A DNA stretch of 18,266 nucleotides from a virus. Lineage: Duplodnaviria; Heunggongvirae; Uroviricota; Caudoviricetes. The stretch's first letter is position 1, and each line of letters opens with the position of its first letter. Of the stretch, positions 1 to 9,085 are shown piece by piece. The translations under genes were made by a program, and so were the position numbers. The stretch lies in IMG/VR virus record IMGVR_UViG_2698536651_000007; one strand, written 5' to 3'. A model generated the notes under the pieces. The model searched no databases. It was not told the DNA's origin and worked only from the letters and a program-made list of their open reading frames with translations.

Positions 1-333
1 GGTTTCCACCACTTCAGCGGAGTCTCTGGCATTTTTCAGCTCCTGTGCGTCGGCCTGCGCACGCGTAAGTCGATGGCGTTCGTACTCAATAGTCCCTGGC
101 TGGAGATCTGTCTCGCTGGCCTGCCGCAGTTCTTCAACTTCCCGGCGCAGCTTTTCGTTCTCAATTTCAGCATCCCTTTCGGCATACCATCTTATAACGG
201 CGGCAGAGTCATAAAGCACCTCATTACCCTTGCCACCGCCTCGCAGAACGGGCATTCCCTGTTCCTGCCAGTTCTGAATGGTACGGATACTCGCACCGAA
301 AATGTCAGCCAGCTGCTTTTTGTTGACTTCCAT
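1..333 (-). CDS. nu1: Terminase small subunit Nu1, N-terminal 111 codons; CDS runs off the window start
   Basis: Reverse complement of 301-333 reads ATGGAAGTCAACAAAAAGCAGCTGGCTGAC ([10 protein letters not shown]) and stays in frame to position 1 (…[10 protein letters not shown]), matching lambda Nu1 as I recall it. Not in the ORF track because it is truncated by the window edge. Confidence 0.9.
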   Translation of the reverse strand, partial: MEVNKKQLADIFGASIRTIQNWQEQGMPVLRGGGKGNEVLYDSAAVIRWYAERDAEIENEKLRREVEELRQASETDLQPGTIEYERHRLTRAQADAQELKNARDSAEVVET

Positions 334-560
334 TGTTCATTCCACGGCCAAAAACAGAGAAAGGAAACGACAGAGGCCCAAAAGCTCGTTTTCAGCACCT
401 GTCGTTTCCTTTCTTTTCAGGGGGTATTTTAAATAAAAACATTAAGTTACGACGAAGAAGAACGGAAATGCCTTAAACCGGAAAATTTTCATAAATAGCG
501 AAAACCCGCGAGGTCGCCGCCCCGTAACCTGTCGGATCGCCGGAAAGGACCCGCAAAATG
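334..560. other. Lambda-type cos region: cosN cohesive-end sequence at 511-522 (aggtcgccgccc, reverse complement of GGGCGGCGACCT), cosB between cosN and the Nu1 start, cosQ side at about 523-560
   Basis: Near-identity by eye to the lambda left-end sequence (GGGCGGCGACCTCGCGGGTTTTCGCTATTTATGAAAATTTTCCGG…) in reverse complement, immediately upstream of Nu1. Confidence 0.8.
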
Positions 561-721
561 ATAATAATTATCATCTGCATGTCACAACGTGCATCTACGC
601 CATCAAACCACGTCAAATAATCAATTATGACGCAGGTATCATATTAATTGATCTGCATCAACTTAACGTAAAAACAACTTCAGACAATACAAATCAGCGA
701 CACTGAATACGGGGCAACCTC

Positions 722-955
722 ATGTCAACGAAGAACAGAACCCGCAGAACAACAACCCGCAACATCCGCTTTCCTAACCAAATGATTGAACAAATTAACA
801 TCGCTCTTGAGCAAAAAGGGTCCGGGAATTTCTCAGCCTGGGTCATTGAAGCCTGCCGCCGGAGACTGTGCTCAGAAAAAAGAGTTTCTTCTGAAGCAAA
901 CAAAGAAAAGAGTGACATTACTGAATTGCTCAGAAAACAGGTCAGACCAGATTGA
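722..955 (+). CDS. ynfO: Small basic protein (77 aa), possible ribbon-helix-helix fold; ynfO-like
   Basis: ATG at 722. The segment NIRFPNQMIEQINIALEQKGSGNFSAWVIEACRRRL has the beta-strand/helix/helix pattern of Arc/CopG-type proteins. Same position as the small ORF next to cos in lambda and K-12 Qin (from memory). Confidence 0.55.
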   Translation: MSTKNRTRRTTTRNIRFPNQMIEQINIALEQKGSGNFSAWVIEACRRRLCSEKRVSSEANKEKSDITELLRKQVRPD

Positions 956-1012
956 AGCAATTTAGATAATCGTGCAGACTACGCCCCCTCATATCACATG
1001 GAAGGTTTATCT

Positions 1013-1423
1013 ATGGATCAGGTAGTCATTTTTAAACAAATATTTGATAAAGTTCGAAACGATTTAAACTATCAATGGTTTTATTCTGAGCTAAAACGTC
1101 ACAATGTCTCACATTACATTTACTATTTAGCCACAGAGAATGTTCATATTGTATTAAAAAATGATAATACAGTGTTATTAAAGGGCCTAAAAAACATTGT
1201 GTCTGTCAAATTTTCAAAGGATAGGCATCTTATAGAAACGACCTCTAATAAGCTGAAATCCAGAGAGATCACATTTCAGGAATACAGAAGAAACCTTGCT
1301 AAAGCAGGAGTTTTTCGGTGGGTTACAAATATCCACGAACAAAAAAGATATTACTATACCTTTGATAATTCATTACTATTTACTGAAAGCATCCAGAAAA
1401 CTACACAGATCTTACCACGCTAA
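1013..1423 (+). CDS. ydfO: DUF1398-family prophage protein (136 aa), ydfO-like; an in-frame ATG at 998 is a possible alternative start
   Basis: Translation [18 protein letters not shown]…[32 protein letters not shown] closely parallels the lambda right-end ORF (MAQVAIFKEIFDQVRKDL…). GGAAGG lies 7 nt upstream of the ATG at 1013. Confidence 0.8.
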
Positions 1424-1574
1424 ACCATAACGTCCGGCTTCTCTCACTCCTGAGCCGGACTGCATTGGTTTAATAAAAACCATCAACAATTGTGATTTAG
1501 ATATTCGGAACCATTCAAATATAACAAAACCCCGTAAAAACGAGGTTTATGGATAAATTTTATTATTGAATACA

Positions 1575-1748
1575 TCAGATTAAATTAATCTTGACATCAT
1601 AGCTTTCAAGACCCGTCATTTTTTCCCGTGCGGTAAACTGAATACTGGTAACTTCTTTCCCGGTCTTTTTCTTAAGTTCAATAATTTTTTTTGTTATATA
1701 TTCAGAAATATCTGCTTCTGCTTTTGTTTTTAAGTTTTCAATATTCAT
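1575..1748 (-). CDS. gnsB: GnsB-like small protein (57 aa; 58 aa if the adjacent ATG ending at 1751 is used)
   Basis: Reverse-complement translation MNIENLKTKAEADISEYITKKIIELKKKTGKEVTSIQFTAREKMTGLESYDVKINLI matches GnsB as recalled. Absent from the ORF track because it is under 60 aa. Confidence 0.8.
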   Translation of the reverse strand: MNIENLKTKAEADISEYITKKIIELKKKTGKEVTSIQFTAREKMTGLESYDVKINLI

Positions 1749-1919
1749 CATTTCCTCTTTTAGTCTGTTATGACTTTCCAGTTACACAGTAAGTCGATTA
1801 TATGGTGCAAACGTGTAAAAGATAAGATGAAACATCGCAATAATCAACATACGATAGTCTAAATTTTACACAAACAGACAAAGGGAATTTTCCTGAATTA
1901 TCAATGCAATAGCATCAAA

Positions 1920-2075
1920 TCAACTCAAGAGCCTTATTGCTGCTTCCAGAATTTCTTCTGAAGTAACATGTCGATCCGCGGCTACATAAATGACTTTATG
2001 ATCTCCGGTCAGAGATGGAAACCCTGCGGCCATTACAGTAAGGTGTGTTTTTTCGCCATTTGGATATTCACGCAT
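1920..2075 (-). CDS. ynfN: Small prophage protein, ynfN-like (51 aa); start uncertain, frame is open up to 2192
   Basis: Start chosen at MREYPNGEK… by recall of a 51-aa K-12 product. No strong SD at any candidate start; in-frame alternatives at 2096 and 2150. Confidence 0.45.
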   Translation of the reverse strand: MREYPNGEKTHLTVMAAGFPSLTGDHKVIYVAADRHVTSEEILEAAIRLLS

Positions 2076-2192
2076 GATGGTGTTAACTCCAGTCATCGCT
2101 GGCACTACCACTGCTGGTTCAGAGTTAAAAAAAACTATGATTTTTTTCATGATGTTACCGTAGTATGTGAGTATCCATCGAATAGACACCAA

Positions 2193-2215
2193 GCAAAAAA
2201 GCTCCCGAAGGAGCC
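2193..2215 (-). terminator. Intrinsic terminator on the minus strand downstream of cspI (stem gctcc/ggagc, UUCG loop, U6 tract)
   Basis: Minus strand reads ggctccttcgggagcTTTTTTgc; hairpin plus U-tract seen directly. Confidence 0.5.
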
Positions 2216-2421
2216 TTCATTTTCACTTTTTTAAATCCAACGACAGACGGCTGGCATTTAAGTATTGTGAAATATTATCAAATGTAATCATCATTGATTT
2301 ACAAAAGATACATTTTGCCCCGAAAGGATTCATGTCAGAAACATCAAAAGATGATGTTCTATACTGGGAACCATGACAACACGGGCATCTAAAGTGAATA
2401 TGGTTTGTAATATTGTCTACC

Positions 2422-2634
2422 TCAAAGCGCCACTACATGAACAGCGGCAGGACCTTTAGGTCCGTTCTCAATACCAAATTCAACTTCCTGATTCTCAGTT
2501 AATGTTTTGAAATCGTTGCTCTGAATTGCTGAGAAATGGACAAACACATCTTTGCTGCCATCTTTCGGCGTGATGAAACCAAAACCTTTTTCAGGGTTAA
2601 ACCATTTCACTAAACCAGTCATTTTGTTAGACAT
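2422..2634 (-). CDS. cspI: Cold-shock protein CspI-like (70 aa, CspA family)
   Basis: [70 protein letters not shown] carries the RNP1/RNP2 cold-shock-domain motifs (KGFGFI, VFVHF). Confidence 0.9.
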   Translation of the reverse strand: MSNKMTGLVKWFNPEKGFGFITPKDGSKDVFVHFSAIQSNDFKTLTENQEVEFGIENGPKGPAAVHVVAL

Positions 2635-2996
2635 AATTATTACCTTTTGAAGAAATTAGCCCTTGGGCAGAATGGTCCGAAAAAAAATATCAGAGAGAAA
2701 AACCAACAAGGAAATCTCAAGAGGTACAAATAATAAAATTATAACAATGACTGCTTCAGATAAATTTGTAACAAACCAGAACACCATTAACGCATGATTA
2801 ACCACCCATAGCAAGGATTACTTTTGTAAAGAAAAACACAGCAATGAAAGAATAGCTTTATTTATTAATAAAACGTGTCATTCTGATTAAGACCTTTTAT
2901 CTTACCCTTAAGATTTCAGGAATTTTGGCTCATGGAAGAGTCCTTTTTATTTAAATTTTACATTCCGCGATGTAAATGTTCCGATTTAATATTACC

Positions 2997-4020
<1,024 letters not shown>

Positions 4021-4024
<4 letters not shown>

Positions 4025-4332
4025 AGATATTTATGATGAGGACGCTCGTGCTTATTGGCAGGATTTTCAATCTTAAAGGAGTACTGATGCTGCAGATAAG
4101 ACTCAACTTTTTCTGACAATTTTTCTGCTACTTCCAGGAAGACTTGCCGGACGCTCCTTCTGGCTGCTGCCTCATAAAACTCCAGCGCAGCTCCTTCAAC
4201 ACGGTCCATGGCGACATCCAGGTCAAAAATTTCACCGTCAAAGCGTTCTTTGTCCTGTAAGGCTACAGTTACCGTAACTTTATTCTCAAAATTACGGACT
4301 CCTTTCACAACCAGTTCATAGTCTTGAGTCAT
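4021..4332 (-). CDS. ydfR: Conserved prophage protein between holin and endolysin (ydfR-like, DUF1327 by recall)
   Basis: ATG with GAGGAGAG SD; 103 aa; the ATGA junction couples it to the endolysin. Confidence 0.75.
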
Positions 4333-4336
4333 TGGA

Positions 4337-4552
4337 TTACTCTCCTCTCGCAGCCTTACGCCTGTCTTCTTTAATCTTGAAATAAAGATTTGTCAGATAC
4401 GTCAGCAGGCCAAAAACCAGGCTACCCAGCACACCGATTGCAGCCCACTGTGACGGAGTTACTTTATCGAGTAACTGCAATGCCCAGAAACCAGCATTAC
4501 CCGCCGATGTGCCATAGGCAACACCTGTTGTTAACTTATCCATTGATTTCAT
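4337..4552 (-). CDS. essQ: Class II pinholin, phage 21 S-like, with dual-start motif M-K-S-M
   Basis: [71 protein letters not shown] has two TM segments and matches S21 as recalled. GGTGAGGA SD upstream of the first ATG; the ORF-track 5' extension has no RBS and is rejected. Confidence 0.85.
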   Translation of the reverse strand: MKSMDKLTTGVAYGTSAGNAGFWALQLLDKVTPSQWAAIGVLGSLVFGLLTYLTNLYFKIKEDRRKAARGE

Positions 4553-4771
4553 ATCCTCACCCCGATGTACACGGATGGTGCAATATGTTTGAAAAGATCG
4601 GAGTCTACGGGGTAGTTTTGACAGCACACGTTGTTCTCAACGGCGCTAAAAAAACATACACATTAAAAATGTGGGTAATTATTTTGAAAGAAAGTCATAT
4701 ATAAAATAATAATACGAGAAATGTTTTCATATTTAGTGTACTGTATACGGCCATTTATACAGGAAAAGCCT

Positions 4772-4942
4772 ATGTCAGAACGTAAAAACTCAAAATCACG
4801 CCGTAATTATCTCGTTAAATGTTCCTGCCCAAACTGCACCCAAGAGTCAGAACACAGTTTTTCAAGAGTACAAAAAGGTGCCCTTTTGATCTGCCCTCAT
4901 TGCAACAAAGTATTCCAGACAAATCTTAAAGCTGTAGCCTGA
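4772..4942 (+). CDS. Small zinc-ribbon protein (56 aa; C-x2-C … C-x2-C)
   Basis: AGGAAAAG SD 3-4 nt before the ATG at 4772. MSERKNSKSRRNYLVKCSCPNCTQESEHSFSRVQKGALLICPHCNKVFQ has two CxxC pairs. May correspond to a K-12 small protein (ynfU?), recalled only weakly. Confidence 0.5.
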   Translation: MSERKNSKSRRNYLVKCSCPNCTQESEHSFSRVQKGALLICPHCNKVFQTNLKAVA

Positions 4943-5005
4943 TTGATTTTATTAGTAACAAGTATTTTTTATATTTTAATAATATATTTAAAGCAGATAA
5001 TAAAA

Positions 5006-5023
5006 AACCCGCCTGAGCGGGTT
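5006..5023 (-). terminator. Intrinsic terminator downstream of cspB on the minus strand (stem cccgc/gcggg, followed by UUUUUUAUUAU)
   Basis: Hairpin aacccgc-ctga-gcgggtt with a strong T-tract on the minus strand and a weaker one on the plus strand. Confidence 0.6.
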
Positions 5024-5305
5024 TGAGATTGTGGTGCTTTTTGTGGGAGTCATCCACTTACGCACTTTGTTTTGCCATGCCAGCAGTTAGCTTCTGCTGT
5101 AAAACTATTCATGCAGCAAACCTGCACTTCACCACAATGGTTAGCATACTTTTCCTGATTAAGATTTTGCCAAATATGCTAGCCATTGTTTCATGTATTG
5201 GACCTCCTTACTTTTTATTAAAGAGATCCAATATTCACTACTCTGTCCGTATCTCTACTCAGGCATCAGCCTTCTTCGTTATCGTATACAGACGAGCGAT
5301 GAATT

Positions 5306-5521
5306 TTAATCAGTAATGATGACATTTGCTGCTGCAGGACCTTTAGCACCACTCTCTATAGAGAAGGTAACCTTTTGACCTTCAAATAAGGTTCGATAAT
5401 TATCATTCTGAATCGCAGAAAAATGCACAAACACATCTTTACTACCATCAACAGGAGAAATAAAGCCGAAACCTTTATCAGCGTTAAACCATTTTACTAA
5501 ACCAGTCATTTTATTTGACAT
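5306..5521 (-). CDS. cspB: Cold-shock protein CspB-like (71 aa)
   Basis: [71 protein letters not shown]. Confidence 0.9.
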   Translation of the reverse strand: MSNKMTGLVKWFNADKGFGFISPVDGSKDVFVHFSAIQNDNYRTLFEGQKVTFSIESGAKGPAAANVIITD

Positions 5522-5821
5522 TCTACATTCCTTAACTTGAGCCTTTCGGCATAAATGGTTTGCATAACAGAAACGACTTCGTACTTAATTGGAGAGACTC
5601 AAAGAAGGAATAAGTGAATAACACCTGAAATGAGAACTGCTTTAGTAAACTACTTCGTATATCGTCTGTTCTTCAAACCGACGCAATCATTAACGCATAG
5701 TTGAACATATGAAGCAATGTTTATTTTAGACATCCAGCCATCTTCAACCCCATCAAAAAACTATAGCTTTCTTCAGGAACGTGTGTATAGTGCGCCAAGT
5801 TATCAGTATTAAGGAATTTTT

Positions 5822-6034
5822 TTGTCCCGTAAAATGACAGGAATTGTCAAAACCTTTGACGGCAAAAGCGGCAAGGGTCTTATCACCCCATCCGATGGTC
5901 GTATCGATGTCCAGCTTCATGTTTCAGCGCTCAATCTCCGCGATGCAGAAGAAATTACCACCGGATTACGCGTGGAATTTTGCCGGATAAATGGTCTGCG
6001 TGGCCCTTCAGCTGCCAATGTTTACCTTTCATGA
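5822..6034 (+). CDS. cspF: Cold-shock-domain protein CspF/CspH-like (70 aa), TTG start
   Basis: [77 protein letters not shown] 6 nt before the TTG. Divergent from cspB. Confidence 0.85.
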
Positions 6035-6088
6035 GCTATATTAAAGCTTTAATTTCAGGCCCCATCGGATCACACATGGAGAGTTTTT

Positions 6089-6178
6089 ATGAATAACCCC
6101 GTCTGTCTTGATGACTGGTTGATTGGCTTTAAAAGCTTATGCTGTACTTTGGCCGTAATAGCTCTGCTAATAATATAA
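6089..6178 (+). CDS. Candidate 29-aa hydrophobic small protein
   Basis: GGAGAG SD (6078-6083) 5 nt before the ATG at 6089; translation [29 protein letters not shown]. Below the ORF-track size cutoff. No homology evidence. Confidence 0.3.
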
Positions 6179-6326
6179 TAAGCAGACTCATTGTGTTTAG
6201 GGACATTGTACTGGAAGAAAACATTTTAAACATCAGGCAAATAACCAAGTCACCAGCTAAATAATAAGTTAACAGACATGAGTCCCGGGATGAGATTCAA
6301 CATTACCATTGCCCCATTTAAAGCAC

Positions 6327-6350
6327 AAAACCCGCTCATCAGCGGGTTTT
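6327..6350. terminator. Bidirectional intrinsic terminator (10-bp stem aaaacccgct/agcgggtttt, loop catc); candidate tR' on the minus strand and cspF terminator on the plus strand
   Basis: Perfect hairpin with T-tracts on both strands. Confidence 0.65.
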
Positions 6351-6395
6351 CTACTTTTTCTTAACGTCGGGTATACAAAGCCCATCGTTGAAAAA

Positions 6396-6424
6396 ATTTT
6401 ATCCATATTTTTTGAAAAATGCAA
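6396..6424 (-). promoter_or_regulatory. Candidate late promoter pR' (minus strand: -35 TTGCAT, 17-bp spacer, -10 TAAAAT) immediately downstream of Q
   Basis: Reverse complement of 6396-6424 reads TTGCATttttcaaaaaatatggaTAAAAT. Lies about 30 nt after the Q stop and about 45 nt before the terminator, the arrangement expected for a Q-dependent pR'/qut/tR' unit. Confidence 0.45.
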
Positions 6425-6455
6425 ACATCATGTCGCCATCTTCAGCAAAAATCAT

Positions 6456-7208
6456 TTATCTCGTCACCTTCCTCAATTGCGCTTCCGCGTATGCTTCTTC
6501 CTGCCAGCACTTTGTTACCAGTTTACCAATGACGTCCGCATACCCCTTATACCACTGATAATCGGTCAGGTCTGGTACCAGCTTCTGGACATGACGTCGT
6601 GCCAGCGTGGTCGGTAAACGACTAAACCGGTTTCCATTACAACGCCCACAAATCTTATATACCGGTACGCCATGAAACCGGGTTCTTTTTTCATCCAGAA
6701 CAATCCCTTTACCCTTACACCCTCTGCACGCTGTGCTGGCTTCGCCCTTACCATGGCAATGCTGACATAGTTCCTTCACCCATTCTTCCTTGATTACAGA
6801 TTCCCCGCGTCTGTAGTGTTTCACCACTTCGCGCAATACATTATAAAATCCCGTACCTGAACAATGCTCACAGCGAGCCTTACTTGCCGCAGACCTGGAG
6901 TAATCAGCAAAGGCAAAACTCACGAGGTAAGGAATAATCTGTAACCGGATTTCTTCACTCAATTTGTTCAATGTCGGGTTATCCAGTGCCATCGCGTAAT
7001 TTAGCAGGCCTTCAATCGCAAACTGAGGGTCCTGAACACCAACTTTTGCCAGAAATAAGGCCAACCCAAGTGGTGCTTTCGACTGCACCATCCCCTGCGC
7101 TGCCATTACATCCGTAATTGTTAAACAACCGGTGCCTGTCGCTGGAGCGTCATCGCTCAATTTTGGAGATTTTGGGGAGTAATATTTTGGTAAGGCTTCA
7201 AGGTTCAT
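6456..7208 (-). CDS. quuQ: Late-gene antiterminator Q (phage 21/82-type, 250 aa)
   Basis: MNLEALPKYYSPK… with four CxxCxGxG-like repeats (CEHCSGTG, CQHCHGKG, CRGCKGKG, CGRCNGN). GGAGAA SD before the ATG at 7208; the ORF-track upstream extension is rejected. Confidence 0.85.
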   Translation of the reverse strand: MNLEALPKYYSPKSPKLSDDAPATGTGCLTITDVMAAQGMVQSKAPLGLALFLAKVGVQDPQFAIEGLLNYAMALDNPTLNKLSEEIRLQIIPYLVSFAFADYSRSAASKARCEHCSGTGFYNVLREVVKHYRRGESVIKEEWVKELCQHCHGKGEASTACRGCKGKGIVLDEKRTRFHGVPVYKICGRCNGNRFSRLPTTLARRHVQKLVPDLTDYQWYKGYADVIGKLVTKCWQEEAYAEAQLRKVTR

Positions 7209-7221
7209 GCTCGTTCTCCAC

Positions 7222-8271
7222 TTACGCCAGTACGCCAATTGTCAGCGCGCGATCGATAAAACGAAATATCAGCTCCAGTTGGGAGCCATACTTATCTTCA
7301 AATGCCACTGTATCCGTATGCAGCTCGTTGTGATGCTTTCTGCACAAAGGCAACACAAAGAGATCATGTGCTTTTGTTCCCATTCCGCCCTGCCCGTGAC
7401 CAATCAGATGATGCGGATCGTCGGCTGGCATACCGCAGCAAGCACACGGCTGTGTCTTAACCCAACGTGTGTATTTCTCCTTAACCCAGCGGCGACGTTT
7501 AGGCAGCTTCATGAAAGATTCCGGAGACTCTGGATCAACGGTGATGCTTACCACCGTCTTTTCCTGTGGTGATTTTTGTTGCTGGTGGGCGTAAGGCAAC
7601 GGTGCAAGATTTTTTGTGCGTTGTTTCAATATGCTGGTGGCGGTCTGCTCTCCCGGTACGATGTCGCTTTCGCGGTACACCGAGCAGATTTTTTCCGCTG
7701 GTAATCCCAGCGAACGACGCGATACAGCCTCAGGTAGTGCATCCACCACCTGATTGCAGACCGCCCACCAGGATAATTCAGCCAAAGATAATTCCCGCTC
7801 CTGCGTACCGCTTATTGCGTGACGGATGACGTCAATCACCCATGCTGTCAGATTTTGTTGAGCAAGCAGCTCCAGTGATTCCGATGTCTGGTCACGCAGT
7901 TGGTTGTCGCAGTGCCAGCACAACACCATTGCGCCGGTACCATAACGGTGAATGACTGTTTCAGTGTGATGGTAATCGCCATTAGGCCACTGGCAGGATG
8001 TAACATGACGTAATAGCCAGTCGGACAATGCGCCAACGCCGCCAGCAGCACGAATCACCCGTTCGTTACTAAAAAACGGCAGCAATGTTTTGTCTTCCGC
8101 CAGCGGCTGGCGAACGGCAGGAACGACTCCGGATGGCAGATTACGCATGCTTTTTGGTTCCGGTTCCACCAGCACTCGAGGATTATGAAATATCTGTATG
8201 GATTCACGGCCCGGCTTAAGGACCACCAGCCCAAGCTCAGGCACCAGAACAGGTCTAAGTAATACCCGCAC
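7222..8271 (-). CDS. ydfU: DUF968-type prophage protein (349 aa) with C-terminal HNH-like Cys/His motif; GTG start
   Basis: GGAGGT SD immediately upstream of the GTG at 8271. C-terminus CACCGMPADDPHHLIGHG…CRKHHNELH. Same position as ydfU in K-12 Qin (recall). Confidence 0.75.
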   Translation of the reverse strand: MRVLLRPVLVPELGLVVLKPGRESIQIFHNPRVLVEPEPKSMRNLPSGVVPAVRQPLAEDKTLLPFFSNERVIRAAGGVGALSDWLLRHVTSCQWPNGDYHHTETVIHRYGTGAMVLCWHCDNQLRDQTSESLELLAQQNLTAWVIDVIRHAISGTQERELSLAELSWWAVCNQVVDALPEAVSRRSLGLPAEKICSVYRESDIVPGEQTATSILKQRTKNLAPLPYAHQQQKSPQEKTVVSITVDPESPESFMKLPKRRRWVKEKYTRWVKTQPCACCGMPADDPHHLIGHGQGGMGTKAHDLFVLPLCRKHHNELHTDTVAFEDKYGSQLELIFRFIDRALTIGVLA

Positions 8272-8272
8272 G

Positions 8273-8551
8273 TTACCTCCAGATCCGTTGCTGGAAAGTG
8301 CGGGACGCACGTGGTGGGCGTTCGGAATAAGGCAGCCTGACAGAGATTATCCAGTGCCGATAGTCGAGACTGAGAGCTTTCTTAACCTCGAACCCGCGCC
8401 TGCGGTAAGAATGAATCAGCCATTCGGCCTGTTCTGCAGTGCATGGAGGGTGCTGGAACCATTCAGACTTGAATGCGTGAGAATACCGCCCGTGCGTGCA
8501 GGCAAGAACGGGCGAATTATCAGAATTGTAATATTTTGCGTTGCGTGCCAT
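8273..8551 (-). CDS. Hypothetical 92-aa protein, translationally coupled to ydfU
   Basis: ATG at 8551 preceded by GGAGAA at 5-nt spacing. Its stop is 1 nt from the ydfU start codon and contains the ydfU SD. Confidence 0.55.
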   Translation of the reverse strand: MARNAKYYNSDNSPVLACTHGRYSHAFKSEWFQHPPCTAEQAEWLIHSYRRRGFEVKKALSLDYRHWIISVRLPYSERPPRASRTFQQRIWR

Positions 8552-8617
8552 CGGTTTTCTCCGGTGGCACGGTGTTACTCAGCGGGAGTTCAGCCCCGCG
8601 CAAGATTGTAGATGAGT

Positions 8618-8869
8618 TTATTCTCCTGAAAAAGCAGAAAAGCCAGCTTTTATTCCGATCTCTTTCAATGCCTGTAATGAAGTGACAAACTCACCTTCGC
8701 GCAAGATAAATCCGTCCGTGACCCGAGCATCCACAAAATTAATTAACGCAGCCCCATTCTTTCGCAAACACATAATGCGGTAATGACTAACAAGATTTCC
8801 ATTTTCAACGCACACAGCATAGAGGCCATCTTCACAAAAAATTTTACGCAGTTCTTCGATGTTCATCAT
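8618..8869 (-). CDS. rem: Rem-like prophage protein (83 aa)
   Basis: MMNIEELRKIFCEDGLYAVCVENGNLVSHYRIMCLRKNGAALINFVDARVTDGFILREGEFVTSLQALKEIGIKAGFSAFSGE, with GGAAGGA SD. Matches K-12 Rem by recall. Confidence 0.8.
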   Translation of the reverse strand: MMNIEELRKIFCEDGLYAVCVENGNLVSHYRIMCLRKNGAALINFVDARVTDGFILREGEFVTSLQALKEIGIKAGFSAFSGE

Positions 8870-8999
8870 CAGAATCCTTCCGGATAATTAGCTCTCCCCT
8901 TTAAGGGACCATCCCTCTTATCCCTGCGCGCTACTTAAGTATTTTTGATTCTATTCCGGCACCGTCCAGAACTTCAAACGCGTTGAAAATAAAAACAAA

Positions 9000-9017
9000 A
9001 ACCCGCCGAAGCGGGTT
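9000..9017 (-). terminator. Intrinsic terminator downstream of hokD on the minus strand (stem cccgc/gcggg, UUCG loop, then UUUUUGUUUUUAUUU)
   Basis: Hairpin aacccgc-cgaa-gcgggtt with a long T-tract on the minus strand. Confidence 0.6.
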
Positions 9018-9085
9018 AAGTGCGGGTGCGTTGAGGATGCCTGCCACATCAGAGGTGGCGAGGGATTTCTCCCCCGCCGGGTCTC

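Noticed and set aside
73-432. 119-aa + strand ORF (and the 192-398 minus ORF in another frame)
   Set aside because: It lies antisense to or overlapping the Nu1 coding region and the cos site; Nu1 identity on the minus strand is unambiguous, so these are frame artefacts.
694-960. 88-aa minus-strand ORF overlapping the ynfO-like gene
   Set aside because: Antisense to a better-supported + strand ORF that matches lambda right-end sequence; no RBS.
1440-1480. Hairpin ccggct…agccgg after the ydfO stop as a terminator
   Set aside because: The stem is followed by no U-tract on either strand; not convincing as an intrinsic terminator.
1968-2376. + strand ORFs 1968-2234 and 2167-2376
   Set aside because: They overlap ynfN on the opposite strand and a terminator hairpin; no SD and no recognisable protein features.
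4337-4627. N-terminal 25-codon extension of the holin ORF (start at 4627)
   Set aside because: The good SD and the characteristic MKSM dual-start motif are at 4552/4543; the extension has no RBS and is not part of S21-type holins.
4390-4704. 104-aa + strand ORF
   Set aside because: Antisense to the holin gene; no RBS.
5023-5316. 97-aa + strand ORF in the cspB 3' region
   Set aside because: It starts inside a terminator hairpin, has no SD, and is a low-complexity hydrophobic translation; likely a chance open frame in the cspB 3' UTR.
6309-6754. ORFs 6309-6617 (+) and 6566-6754 (-)
   Set aside because: They overlap the Q gene in the wrong strand or frame and span the candidate pR'/terminator region.
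7118-8685. + strand ORFs 7118-7333, 7207-7572, 7566-7829, 8198-8611, 8473-8685 and minus ORF 7848-8051
   Set aside because: All are antisense to or out of frame with ydfU and the coupled 92-aa gene, which carry SD sequences and conserved motifs; typical shadow ORFs in a GC-richer gene.
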